DNA of 64,000 bases. It comes from Eledone cirrhosa (taxonomy: Eukaryota). Made by a program: the position numbers and the translations under genes. Location: positions 41,974,001-42,038,000 of the forward strand of contig OZ024755.1 in assembly GCA_964016885.1 (NCBI GenBank). Direction: 5' to 3'. Below are positions 1 through 12,917 of the stretch, in pieces (positions within the stretch are counted from its first letter, which is position 1; each line of letters opens with the position of its first letter). The notes under the pieces are model-generated. The model was given only the letters and a program-made list of their open reading frames with translations. It was not told the DNA's origin and searched no databases.

Positions 1-198
1 GAGTGTCGGACAACATGGTTTGTGGCATATAGTTACGGCCCTTTACGTTCTGAGTTCAAATCCCATCGAGGTTAGCTTTGACTTTCATCCTTGTGAGGTC
101 GATAAAATAAAGTACCAGTAATGGACTGAGGTCGATTAAATTAACTTTCCCCCTCCAGCAAAATGGTTGGCCTTGTGGCTAAATAAAACGTTATTATT
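1..198 (+). mobile_element. tRNA-derived SINE (family A, long form), 5' end cut by window edge
   Basis: B-box GAGTTCAAATCC at 52-63, core ctttcatccttgtgaggtcgataaaataaagtaccag, tail ggccttgtggctaaataaaac + ttatta. The same core recurs more than 10 times in the window. Confidence 0.85.
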
Positions 199-304
199 CG
201 AGTTGTGAGGTAGGAAGCAATTGTGAGAACCAGGCAGAAATGATCCTATTTTCATATATGCGACTTTTATTTTTATAAAGCTGACAGAAATGAAATTAGA
301 ATAG

Positions 305-392
305 AGTACCAGTAACATACTGGGGTCAATTTAATTGACTTTTCTCACTCCCAAAATATTGATGGCCTTGTGCCGAAATCAGAAACCGTTAT
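305..392 (+). mobile_element. SINE family A 3' fragment
   Basis: agtaccagtaacatactggggtcaat...ggccttgtgccgaaatcagaaac matches the SINE 3' half. Confidence 0.7.
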
Positions 393-451
393 CTTTTAGT
401 TCTTTTTATTCCTTGAGCAAGGAGTGGTCTTCCTTGTGTAGGGTCGTAGGT

Positions 452-3400
452 CATGTAACAGGCCTGCTACTAGATCAGACCAAGTCACAGACCTGCTACT
501 AGATCAGACCAAGTCACAGACCTGCTACTAGATCAGACCAAGTCACAGACCTGCTACTAGATCAGACCATGTCACAGGCTACTAGATCAGACCAAGTCAC
601 AGGCTACTAGATCAGACCAAGTCACAGGCTACTAGATCAGACCATGTCACAGGCTACTAGATCAGACCAAGTCACAGGCCTGCTACTAGATCAGACCAAG
701 TCACAGGCTACTAGATCAGACCAAGTCACAGGCTACTAGATCAGACCAAGTCACAGACCTGCTACTAGATCAGACCAAGTCACAGGCTACTAGATCAGAC
801 CAAGTCACAGGCCTGCTACTAGATCAGACCAAGTCACAGGCTACTAGATCAGACCAAGTCACAGGCCTGCTACTAGATCAGACCAAGTCACAGGCTACTA
901 GATCAGACCAAGTCACAGGCTACTAGATCAGACCAAGTCACAGCCCTGCTACTAGATCAGACCAAGTCACAGGCTACTAGATCAGACCAAGTCACAGGCT
1001 ACTAGATCAGACCAAGTCACAGCCCTGCTACTAGATCAGACCAAGTCACAGGCTACTAGATCAGACCAAGTCACAGGCTACTAGATCAGACCAAGTCACA
1101 GGCCTGCTACTAGATCAGACTAAGTCACAGGCTACTAGATCAGACCAAGTCACAGGCTACTAGATCAGACCAAGTCACAGGCTACTAGATCAGACTAAGT
1201 CACAGGCTACTAGATCAGACCAAGTCACAGGCTACTAGATCAGACCAAGTCACAGGCTACTAGAGCAGACCAAGTCACAGGCTACTAGATCAGACCAAGT
1301 CACAGACTACTAGATCAGACCAAGTCACAGGCTACTAGATCAGACCAAGTCACAGCCCTGCTACTAGATCAGACCAAGTCACAGGCTACTAGATCAGACC
1401 AAGTCACAGGCCTGCTACTAGATCAGACCAAGTCACAGGCTACTAGATCAGACCAAGTCACAGGCTACTAGATCAGACCAAGTCACAGGCCTGCTACTAG
1501 ATCAGACCAAGTCACAGGCTACTAGATCAGACCAAGTCACAGGCTACTAGATCAGACCAAGTCACAGCCCTGCTACTAGATCAGACCAAGTCACAGGCCT
1601 GCTACTAGATCAGACCAAGTCACAGGCTACTAGATCAGACCAAGTCACAGGCTACTAGATCAGACCAAGTCACAGGCTACTAGATCAGACCAAGTCACAG
1701 GCTACTAGATCAGACCAAGTAGCAGGCCTGCTACTAGATCAGACCAAGTCACGGGCTACTAGATCAGACCAAGTCACAGGCTACTAGATCAGACCATGTC
1801 ACAGGCTACTAGATCAGACCAAGTCACAGGCCTGCTACTAGATCAGACCAAGTCACAGGCTACTAGATCAGACCAAGTCACAGGCTACTAGATCAGACCA
1901 AGTCACAGCCCTGCTACTAGATCAGACCAAGTCACAGGCTACTAGATCAGACCAAGTCACAGCCCTGCTACTAGATCAGACCAAGTCACAGGCTACTAGA
2001 TCAGACCAAGTCACAGGCTACTAGATCAGACCAACTCACAGGCTACTAGATCAGACCAAGCCACAGGCTACTAGATCAGACCAAGTCACAGGCTACTAGA
2101 TCAGACCAAGTCACAGGCTACTAGATCAGACCAAGTCACAGGCTACTAGATCAGACCAAGTCACAGGCTACTAGATCAGACCAAGTCACAGCCCTGCTAC
2201 TAGATCAGACCAAGACACAGGCTACTAGATCAGACCAAGTCACAGGCCTGCTACTAGATCAGACCAAGTCACAGGCTACTAGATCAGACCAAGTCACAGG
2301 CTACTAGATCAGACCATGTCACAGGCTACTAGATCAGACCAAGTCACAGGCCTGCTACTAGATCAGACCAAGTCACAGGCTACTAGATCAGACCAAGTCA
2401 CAGGCCTGCTACTAGATCAGACCAAGTCACAGGCTACTAGATCAGACCAAGTCACAGGCCTGCTACTAGATCAGACCAAGTCACAGGGTACTAGATCAGA
2501 CCAAGTCACAGGCTACTAGATCAGACCATGACACAGACTGCTAGATCATACCATGTCACAGCCCTGCTACTAGATCAGACCAAGTCACAGGCTACTAGAT
2601 CAGACCATGTCACAGGCTACTAGATCAGACCAAGTCACAGGCTACTAGATCAGACCAAGTCTCAGGCTACTAGATCAGACCAAGTCACAGCCCTGCTACT
2701 AGATCAGACCAAGTCACAGGCCTGCTACTAGATCAGACCAAGTCACAGGCTACTAGATCAGACCAAGTCACAGGCCTGCTACTAGATCAGACCAAGTCAC
2801 AGGCTACTAGATCAGACCAAGTCACAGGCTACTAGATCAGACCAAGTCACAGCACTGCTACTAGATCAGACCAAGTCACAGGCTACTAGATAAGACCAAG
2901 TCACAGCCCTGCTACTAGATCAGACCATGTCACAGGCTACTAGTTCAGACCAAGTCACAGGCCTGCTACTAGATCAGACCAAGTCACAGGCTACTAGATC
3001 AGACCAAGTCAGAGGCTACTAGATCAGACCAAGTCACAGCCCTGCTACTAGATCAGACCAAGTCACAGGCTACTAGATCAGACCAAGTCACAGGCTACTA
3101 GATCAGACCAAATCACAGGCTACTAGATCAGACCAAGTCACAGGCTACTAGATCAGACCAAGTCACAGGCTACTAGATCAGACCATGTCACAGGCTACTA
3201 GATCAGACCAAGTCACAGGCCTGCTACTAGATCAGACCAAGTCACAGGCTACTAGATCAGACCAAGTCACAGGCTACTAGATCAGACCAAGTCACAGGCC
3301 TGCTACTAGATCAGACCAAGTCACAGGCTACTGGATCAGACCAAGTCACAGGCTACTAGATCAGACCATGACACAGACTGCTAGATCATACCATGTCACA

Positions 3401-6400
3401 GCCCTGCTACTAGATCAGACCAAGTCACAGGCTACTAGATCAGACCATGTCACAGGCTACTAGATCAGACCAAGTCACAGGCTACTAGATCAGACCAAGT
3501 CACAGGCTACTAGATCAGACCAAGTCACAGCCCTGCTACTAGATCAGACCAAGTCACAGGCCTGCTACTAGATCAGACCAAGTCACAGGCTACTAGATCA
3601 GACCAAGTCACAGGCCTGCTACTAGATCAGACCAAGTCACAGGCTACTAGATCAGACCAAGTCACAGGCTACTAGATCAGACCAAGTCACAGCCCTGCTA
3701 CTAGATCTGACCAAGTCACAGGCTACTAGATCAGACCAAGTCACAGCCCTGCTACTAGATCAGACCAAGTCACAGGCTACTAGATCAGACCAAGTCACAG
3801 GCTACTAGATCAGACCAAGTCACAGGCTACTAGATCAGATCAAGTCACAGGCTACTAGATCAGACCAAGTCACAGGCCTGCTACTAGATCAGACCAAGTC
3901 ACAGGCTACTAGATCAGACCAAGTCACAGGCTACTAGATCAGACCATGTCACAGGCTACTAGATCAGACCAAGTCACAGGCCTGCTACTAGATCAGACCA
4001 CGTCACAGGCTACTAGATCAGACCAAGTCACAGCCCTGCTACTAGATCAGACCAAGTCACAGGCTACTAGATCAGACCATGTCACAGGCTACTAGATCAG
4101 ACCAAGTCACAGGCTACTAGATCAGACCAAGTCACAGCCCTGCTACTAGATCAGAACAAGTCACAGGCTACTAGATCAGACCATGTCACAGGCTACTAGA
4201 TCAGACCAAGTCACAGGCCTGCTACTAGATCAGACCAAGTCACAGGCTACTAGATCAGACCAAGTCACAGGCTACTAGATCAGACCAAGTCACAGGCCTG
4301 CTACTAGATCAGACCAAGTCACAGGCTACTGGATCAGACCAAGTCACAGGCTACTAGATCAGACCATGACACAGACTGCTAGATCATACCATGTCACAGC
4401 CCTGCTACTAGATCAGACCAAGTCACAGGCTACTAGATCAGACCATGTCACAGGCTACTAGATCAGACCAAGTCACAGGCTACTAGATCAGACCAAGTCA
4501 CAGGCTACTAGATCAGACCAAGTCACAGCCCTGCTACTAGATCAGACCAAGTCACAGGCCTGCTACTAGATCAGACCAAGTCACAGGCTACTAGATCAGA
4601 CCAAGTCACAGCCCTGCTACTATATCAGACCAAGTCACAGGCTACTAGATCAGACCAAGTCACAGGCTACTAGATCAGACCAAGTCACAGCCCTGCTACT
4701 AGATCTGACCAAGTCACAGGCTACTAGATCAGACCAAGTCACAGCCCTGCTACTAGATCAGACCAAGTCACAGGCTACTAGATCAGACCAAGTCACAGGC
4801 TACTAGATCAGACCAAGTCACAGGCTACTAGATCAGATCAAGTCACAGGCTACTAGATCAGACCAAGTCACAGGCCTGCTACTAGATCAGACCAAGTCAC
4901 AGGCTACTAGATCAGACCAAGTCACAGGCTACTAGATCAGACCATGTCACAGGCTACTAGATCAGACCAAGTCACAGGCCTGCTACTAGATCAGACCACG
5001 TCACAGGCTACTAGATCAGACCAAGTCACAGCCCTGCTACTAGATCAGACCAAGTCACAGGCTACTAGATCAGACCATGTCACAGGCTACTAGATCAGAC
5101 CAAGTCACAGGCTACTAGATCAGACCAAGTCACAGCCCTGCTACTAGATCAGACCAAGTCACAGGCTACTAGATCAGACCATGTCACAGGCTACTAGATC
5201 AGACCAAGTCACAGGCTACTAGATCAGACCATGTCACAGGCTACTAGATCAGACCAAGTCACAGGCTACTACATCAGACCAAGTCACAGGCTACTAGATC
5301 AGACCAAGTCACAGGCTACTAGATCAGACCACGTCACAGCCCTGCTACTAGATCAGACCAAGTCACAGGCTACTAGATCAGACCAAGTCACAGCCCTGCT
5401 ACTAGATCAGACCAAGTCACAGGCTACTAGATCAGACCAAGTCACAGGCTACTAGATCAGACCAAGTCACAGCCCTGCTACTAGATCAGACCAAGTCACA
5501 GGCTACTAGATCAGACCAAGTCACAGGCTACTAGATCAGACCAAGTCACAGGCCTGCTACTAGATCAGACCAAGTCACAGGCTACTAGATCAGACCAAGT
5601 CACAGGCTACTAGATCAGACCAAGTCACAGGCTACTAGATCAGACCAAGTCACAGGCTACTAGATCAGACCATGTCACAGGCTACTAGATCAGACCAAGT
5701 CACAGGCCTGCTACTAGATCAGACCAAGTCACAGGCTACTAGATCAGACCAAGTCACAGGCCTGCTACTAGATCAGACCAAGTCACAGGCTACTAGATCA
5801 GACCAAGTCACAGGCCTGCTACTAGATCAGACCAAGTCACAGGCTACTAGATCAGACCAAGTCACAGGCTACTAGATCAGACCATGACACAGACTGCTAG
5901 ATCATACCATGTCACAGGCCTGCTACTAGATCAGACCAAGACACAGGCTACTAGATCAGACCAAGTCACAGGCCTGCTACTAGATCAGACCAAGTCACAG
6001 GCTACTAGATCAGACCAAGTCACAGGCTACTAGATCAGACCATGACACAGACTGCTAGATCATACCATGTCACAGGCCTGCTACTAGATCAGACCAAGTC
6101 ACAGGCTACTAGATCAGACCAAGTCACAGGCTACTATATCAGACCATGACACAGACTGCTAGATCATACCATGTCACAGCCCTGCTACTAGATCAGACCA
6201 AGACACAGGCTACTAGATCAGACCAAGTCACAGGTCTGCTACTAGATCAGACCAAGTCACAGGCTATTAGATCAGACCAAGACACAGGCTACTAGATCAG
6301 ACCAAGTCACAGGCTACTAGATCAGACCATGTCACAGGCTACTAGATCAGACCAAGTCACAGACTACTAGATCAGACCAAGTCACAGGCTACTAGATCAG

Positions 6401-9170
6401 ACCAAGTCACAGCCCTGCTACTAGATCAGACCAAGTCACAGGCTACTAGATCAGACCAAGTCACAGGCCTGCTACTAGATCAGACCAAGTCACAGGCCTG
6501 CTACTAGATCAGACCAAGTCACAGGCTACTAGATCAGACCAAGTCACAGGCTACTAGATCAGACCAAGTCACAGGCTACTAGATCAGACCAAGTCACAGG
6601 CCTGCTACTAGATCAGGCCAAGTCACAGGCTACTAGATCAGACCAAGTCACAGGCTACTAGATCAGACCATGTCACAGGCTACTAGATCAGACCAAGTCA
6701 CAGGCCTGCTACTAGATCAGACCAAGTCACAGGCCACTAGATCAGACCAAGTCACAGGCTACTAGATCAGACCAAGTCACAGGCTACTAGATCAGACCAA
6801 GTCACAGGCTACTAGATCAGACCAAGTCACAGGCTATTAGATCAGACCAAGACACAGGCTACTAGATCAGACCAAGTCACAGGCTACTAGATCAGACCAT
6901 GTCACAGGCTACTAGATCAGACCAAGTCACAGACTACTAGATCAGACCAAGTCACTGGCTACTAGATCAGACCAAGTCACAGCCCTGCTTCTAGATCAGA
7001 CCAAGTCACAGGCTACTAGATCATACCAAGTCACAGGCCTGCTACTAGATCAGACCAAGTCACAGGCCTGCTACTAGATCAGACCAAGTCACAGGCTACT
7101 AGATCAGACCAAGTCACAGACTACTAGATCAGACCAAGTCACAGGCTACTAGATCAGACCAAGTCACAGCCCTGCTTCTAGATCAGACCAAGTCACAGGC
7201 TACTAGATCAGACCAAGTCACAGGCCTGCTACTAGATCAGACCAAGTCGCAGGCCTGCTACTCGATCAGGCCAAGTCACAGGCTACTAGATCAGACCAAG
7301 TCACAGGCTACTAGATCAGACCATGTCACAGGCTACTAGATCAGACCAAGTCACAGGCCTGCTACTAGATCAGACCAAGTCACAGGCCACTAGATCAGAC
7401 CAAGTCACAGGCTACTAGATCAGACCAAGTCACAGGCTACTAGATCAGACCAAGTCACAGGCTACTAGATCAGACCAAGTCACAGCCCTGGTACTTAATC
7501 AGACCAAGTCACAGGCTACTAGATCAGACCAAGTCACAGGCCTGCTACTAGATCAGACCAAGTCACAGGCTACTAGATCAGACCAAGTCACAGGCTACTA
7601 GATCAGACCAAGTCACAGGCTACTAGATCAGACCAAGTCACAGGCTACTAGATCAGACCAAGGCACAGGCCTGCTACTAGATCAGACCAAGTCACAGGCT
7701 ACTAGATCGGACCAAGTCACAGGCTACTAGATCAGACCATGTCACAGGCTACTAGATCAGACCAAGTCACAGGCTACTAGATCAGACCATGTCACAGGCT
7801 ACTAGATCAGACCAAGTCACAGGCTACTAGATCAGACCATGTCACAGGCTACTAGATCAGACCAAGTCACAGGCTACTACATCAGACCAAGTCACAGGCT
7901 ACTAGATCAGACCAAGTCACAGCCCTGCTACTAGATCAGACCAAGTCACAGGCTACTAGATCAGACCATGTCACAGGCTACTAGATCAGACCAAGTCACA
8001 GGCTACTAGATCAGACCATGTCACAGGCTACTAGATCAGACCAAGTCACAGGCCTGCTACTAGATCAGACCAAGTCACAGGCTACTAGATCAGACCAAGT
8101 CACAGGCTACTAGATCAGACCATGTCACAGGCTACTAGATCAGACCAAGTCACAGGCTACTAGATCAGACCATGTCACAGGCTACTAGATCAGACCAAGT
8201 CACAGGCTACTAGATCAGATCATGTCACAGGCTACTAGATCAGACCAAGACACAGGCTACTAGATCAGACCAAGTCACAGCCCTGCTACTAGATCAGACC
8301 AAGTCACAGGCTACTAGATCAGACCAAGTCACAGGCTACTAGATCAGACCAAGTCACAGCCCTGCTACTAGATCAGACCAAGACACAGGCTACTAGATCA
8401 GACCAAGTCACAGCCCTGCTACTAGATCAGACCAAGTCACAGGCTACTAGATCAGACCAAGTCACAGCCCTGCTACTAGATCAGACCAAGTCACAGGCTA
8501 CTAGATCAGACCAAGTCACAGGCCTGCTACTAGATCAGACCAAGACACAGGCTACTAGATCAGACCAAGTTACAGGCTACTAGATCAGACCAAGTCACAG
8601 ACTACTAGATCAGACCAAGTCACAGGCTACTAGACCAGACCAAGTCACAGGCTACTAGATCAGACCAAGTCACAGGCTACTAGATCAGACCAAGTCACAG
8701 GCTACTAGATCAGACCATGTCACAGGCTACTAGATCAGACCAAGTCACAGGCTACTAGATCAGACCAAGTCACAGGCTACTAGATCAGACCAAGTCACAG
8801 GCTACTAGATCAGACCATGTCACAGGCTACTAGATCAGACCAAGTCACAGGCTACTAGATCAGACCAAGTCACAGGCTACTAGATCAGACCAAGTCACAG
8901 GCTACTAGATCAGACCAAGTCACAGGCTACTAGATCAGACCATGTCACAGGCTACTAGATCAAACCAAGTCACAGGCTACTAGATCAGACCACATCAAAG
9001 GCTACTAGATCAGACCACGTCACAGGCTATTAGATCAGACCATATCACAGGCTACTAGATCAGGTCATGTCATAGACCATGTCACAGACCATGTCACAGA
9101 CCTGCTACTAGATCAGAACATTTCACAGGCTTCTAGATCAGACCACGTCACAGGCTACTAGATCAGACCT
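452..9170. repeat. ~8.7-kb tandem satellite with 25-bp unit CTACTAGATCAGACCAAGTCACAGG, interspersed with a 29-bp variant (+CCTG)
   Basis: Uninterrupted array with no unique spacers; units degrade at the right edge. Confidence 0.98.
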
Positions 9171-11197
9171 ATCACATGTCTGTCCGAAATGTGGAAACTG
9201 TTGACAAGCATTGTGTCTGAGGAAATCTACCATCACCTCCACACAAACAACTTGTTACCGGACGAACAGAAAGGATGCCGAAAGAAGTCCCGTGCTACAA
9301 AGGACCAGTTACTTATTGATAAGATGGTAATGAGGAATTGCAAGAGGAGAGACACTGGTCTTGCCATGGGATGGATAGACTACAAAAAGGCATTTGACAT
9401 GCTGTCTCATTCTTGGATAACCAAAAGCCTAGAGATCTTCAGGGTGGCAAATAACATCAGACAGTTGTTGAGCAAAAGTATGAAGTCCTGGGAAACAGAG
9501 TTAACATCAGCTGGAGAATCCTTGGGAGGCGTGAAGATCAAGAGAGGTATCTTCCAGGGAGATAGTCTGTCCCCTCTGTTGTTTGTCCTTGCCCTGATGC
9601 CCCTGACCATTATACTGCGATAAGTGAGAGCAGGATACAAGTTGGGAAAGGGAGAGCTTACCATCAATCACCTCCTCTTCATGGACGATCTTAAGCTCTT
9701 CGGGAAGAGTGAGAAGGAGTTGGATGTGCTTGTTGACACTGTCCGTATTTTCAGCAATGATATATGTATGCAATTTGGTATTAGTAAGTGTGGAGTCCTT
9801 GTGATGAAGAGGGGTAAATTGAGCAGAAGCAACGGAATCCAGGTACCAACAGGTGAGATGATAAAGGAAATTGACACTGAAGAAGGATACAAGTATTTGG
9901 GTGTTCTGGAAGCTAATGACATCAAGAACAAAAAAATGAAGGAATTGATAAGATCTGAATACATTCGGAGAGTAAGGAACGTATTAAAGTCACATCTGAA
10001 CAGTAGGATTGCCATAAGTGCAGTAAATTCCCGAGCTGTGTCTATTATTAGGTACAGTGCGGGAATTCGGAGATGGAATGTTTCTGAACAAAAAGGAAAT
10101 GGATAGGAAGACTAGGAAGCTATTGACTATCTACAACATATTCCACAAGAGGAGTGATGTCGATAGACTCTACTTAAGGAGATCTGAAGGTGGAAGAGGT
10201 CTTTTCAGCATAGAGGACTGTGTTCAGATGGAGAAAAACAACCTACACAAATACGTAACTGATAGTAAGGAGCCAATGCTCAGAACTGTACTGAAGGAGA
10301 GGACAATAGACCAGGAGATGTCCAAGGAGGAAATAACAACAAGGAGAAAGAGCAGCCTTCAGGAAAAATCCCTTCATAGTACCTTCCTTGAGAAAACTGA
10401 ATTCAGAGATCCACAGACATGGAACTGGTTGAAAAGACGAGACCTTAAAAAGGCTACAGAAGGAATGCTAATGGCTGCGCAAGAGCAGGCCCTCAAAACG
10501 AAGTGGCTGAAACACCATATTTACAAGGAGGAGGCTAGCCCACTGTGCAGGATCTGTGGAGAGAGAGAGGAGACTGTGGCTCACATTGTATCCGAGTGTA
10601 AACACCTAGCCCAGACTCACTATAAAGACTGGAGACATGATGTGATGGGCAGGGTGATCCACTGGCACCTATGCAAAGTAAACAATTTACCACATTCTGA
10701 GAAGTGGTATGAGCATAAGCCAGAGTCGGTGATAGAAAACGATCAGGTGAAGGTGCTGTGGGATTTTAGGATACAGACGGACAAGCAACTGGAACACAAT
10801 AGACCTGACCTGGTGGTTTTGGACAAGGAAAAAAGATCGTGCCTGATTGTGGATGTGGCCTGCCCATTCAACACGAGAGTGCAAGATAAGGAGAGGGAGA
10901 AATTTAACCGAAACCAGGACTTAAAGTAGGAGGTAAAAAGGATTTGGAACTGCCATGAAGTCAAAGTGATCCTGATTGTCATAGGCGCACTAGGTACTAT
11001 CTCAAGGAGTTTCCAAGGATGGTTAAAGAAGATTAGTCCAGCCCCGCTTTTTGGAACACTTCAAAAGGCATGCTTGCTGGGAACAGCAAGAACCCTCCGA
11101 TACGTCCTGAATATCTGAGGCTGCAGGTAGCAGCTTGATATTCATTTCAACAAACTTTCCAGTAAAAATAACATCAATAACTGAGACTCAAAAAACA
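9165..11197 (+). mobile_element. 5'-truncated RLE-type non-LTR retrotransposon (R4/Dong-like), copy 1, disabled
   Basis: RT motifs [27 protein letters not shown]; zinc knuckle CRICGEREETVAHIVSEC; RHD and RPD..VDV RLE motifs. Stop at 9621, frameshift near 10090, stop at 10927. Ends in (TAA)n. Confidence 0.9.
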
Positions 11198-11236
<39 letters not shown>

Positions 11237-11250
11237 TTAATAATAATAAT
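11198..11250. repeat. (TAA)n tract between the tandem Dong-like copies
   Basis: Direct sequence. Confidence 0.95.
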
Positions 11251-12654
11251 GTGGAGTCCTTGTGATGAAGAGGGGTAAATTGAGCAGAAGCAACGGAACC
11301 CAGGTACCAACAGGTGAGATGATAAAGGAAATTGACACTGAAGAAGGATACAAGTATTTGGGTGTTCTGGAGGCAGATGACATCAAGAACAAAAAAATGA
11401 AGGAATTGATAAGAACTGAATACATTCGGAGAGTAAGGAGCGTATTAAAGTCACATCTGAATAGTAGGAATGCCATAAGTGCAGTAAATTCCCGAGCTGT
11501 GTCTATTATTAGGTACAGTGCGGGAATTCTGAGATGGAATGTTTCTGAACAAAAAGAAATGGATAGGAAGACTAGGAAGCTATTGACTATCTACAACATG
11601 TTCCACAAGAGGAGTGATGTCGATAGACTCTACTTAAGGAGATCTGAAGGTGGAAGAGGTCTTATCAGCATAGAGGACTGTGTTCAGATGGAGAAAAACA
11701 ACCTACACAAATACGTGACTGATAGTAAGGAGCCAATGCTCAGAACTGTACTGAAGGAGAGGACAATAGACCAGGGGATGTCCAAGGAGGAAATAACAAG
11801 GAGAAAGAGCAGCCTTCAGGAAAAATCCCTTCATAGTACCTTCTTTGAGAAAACTGAATTCAGAGATCCACAGACATGGAACTGGTTGAAAAGAGGAGAC
11901 CTTAAAAAGGCTACAGAAGGAATGTTAATGGCTGCGCAAGAGCAGGCCCTCAAAACGAAGTGGCTGAAACACCATATTTACAATGAGGAGGCTAGCCCAC
12001 TGTGCAGGATCTGTGGAGAGAGAGAGGAGACTGTGGCTCACATTGTATCCGAGTGTAAACACCTAGCCCAGACTCACTATAAAGACTGGAGACATGATGT
12101 GATGGGCAGGGTGATCCACTGGCACCTATGCAAAGTAAACAATTTACCACATTCTGAGAAGTGGTATGAGCATAAGCCAGAGTCGGTGATAGAAAACGAT
12201 CAGGTGAAGGTGCTGTGGGATTTTAGGATACAGACGGACAAGAAACTGGAACACAATAGACCTGACCTGGTGGTTTTGGACAAAGAAAAAAGATCGTGCC
12301 TGATTGTGGATGTGGCCTGCCCATTCGACACGAGAGTGCAAGAGAAGGAGAGGGAGAAAATTAACCGATATCAGGACTTAAAGTGGGAGGTAAAAAGGAT
12401 TTGGAACTGCCATGAAGTTAAAGTGGTCCCAATTGTCATAGGCTCACTAGGTACTATCTCAAGGAGTTTCCAGGGATGGTTAAAGAAAATTGGCCCCGTC
12501 ACGCTTTTTGGAACGCTTCAAAAGGCATGCTTGCTGGGAACAGCAAGAACCCTCCGATACGTCCTGAATACATGAGGCTGCAGGTAGTGGCTTGATATTC
12601 ATTTCAACAAAGTTTCCAGTTAACTAACATCAATGACTGAGACTCAAAGAACAA
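11250..12654 (+). mobile_element. 5'-truncated R4/Dong-like LINE, copy 2, same family as copy 1
   Basis: Near-identical to 9789-11197; flanked by (TAA)n on both sides. Confidence 0.9.
11262..12575 (+). pseudogene. Open 437-aa C-terminal part of the RLE LINE ORF (RT thumb, CCHC knuckle, PD-D/ExK endonuclease)
   Basis: YKYLG, GGRGL, CRIC..H...C, RHD, RPD, VDVACP, K..RY motifs with no stop; the RT palm was lost by 5' truncation. Confidence 0.85.
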
Positions 12655-12917
12655 TAATAATAATAATAATAATGCTTTCTTTATTAACCACAAGGGTTTA
12701 CATAAAGTAGACATTAAGGACAGTACAGGACAATACAGGACGGTACAAATGGGCATTTCTGCGTGTAAAAAAACAGAGGATGTAATAAAAAATAACAATG
12801 AAAAATTCCCCAATAGGGGGGAGACTTCCGAGAGACATTTGTGGAGAAAGCCCATTAAAAGGCCACAGTGACCCTGACCACCAGGGCAAAGCCCTCTCCC
12901 AGTTTTCCACCTTTAAT

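Noticed and set aside
452-9170. CRISPR array or repeat-protein gene
   Set aside because: No unique spacers, no cas genes and a eukaryotic context. The ORFs (SQATRSDQVTG...) arise only where 25+29 units keep frame.
9165-12654. rDNA-targeting R2/R4 insertion or bacterial retron/group II intron RT
   Set aside because: No rRNA sequence nearby; the RT-CCHC-RLE order with (TAA)n flanks fits a Dong-like eukaryotic LINE
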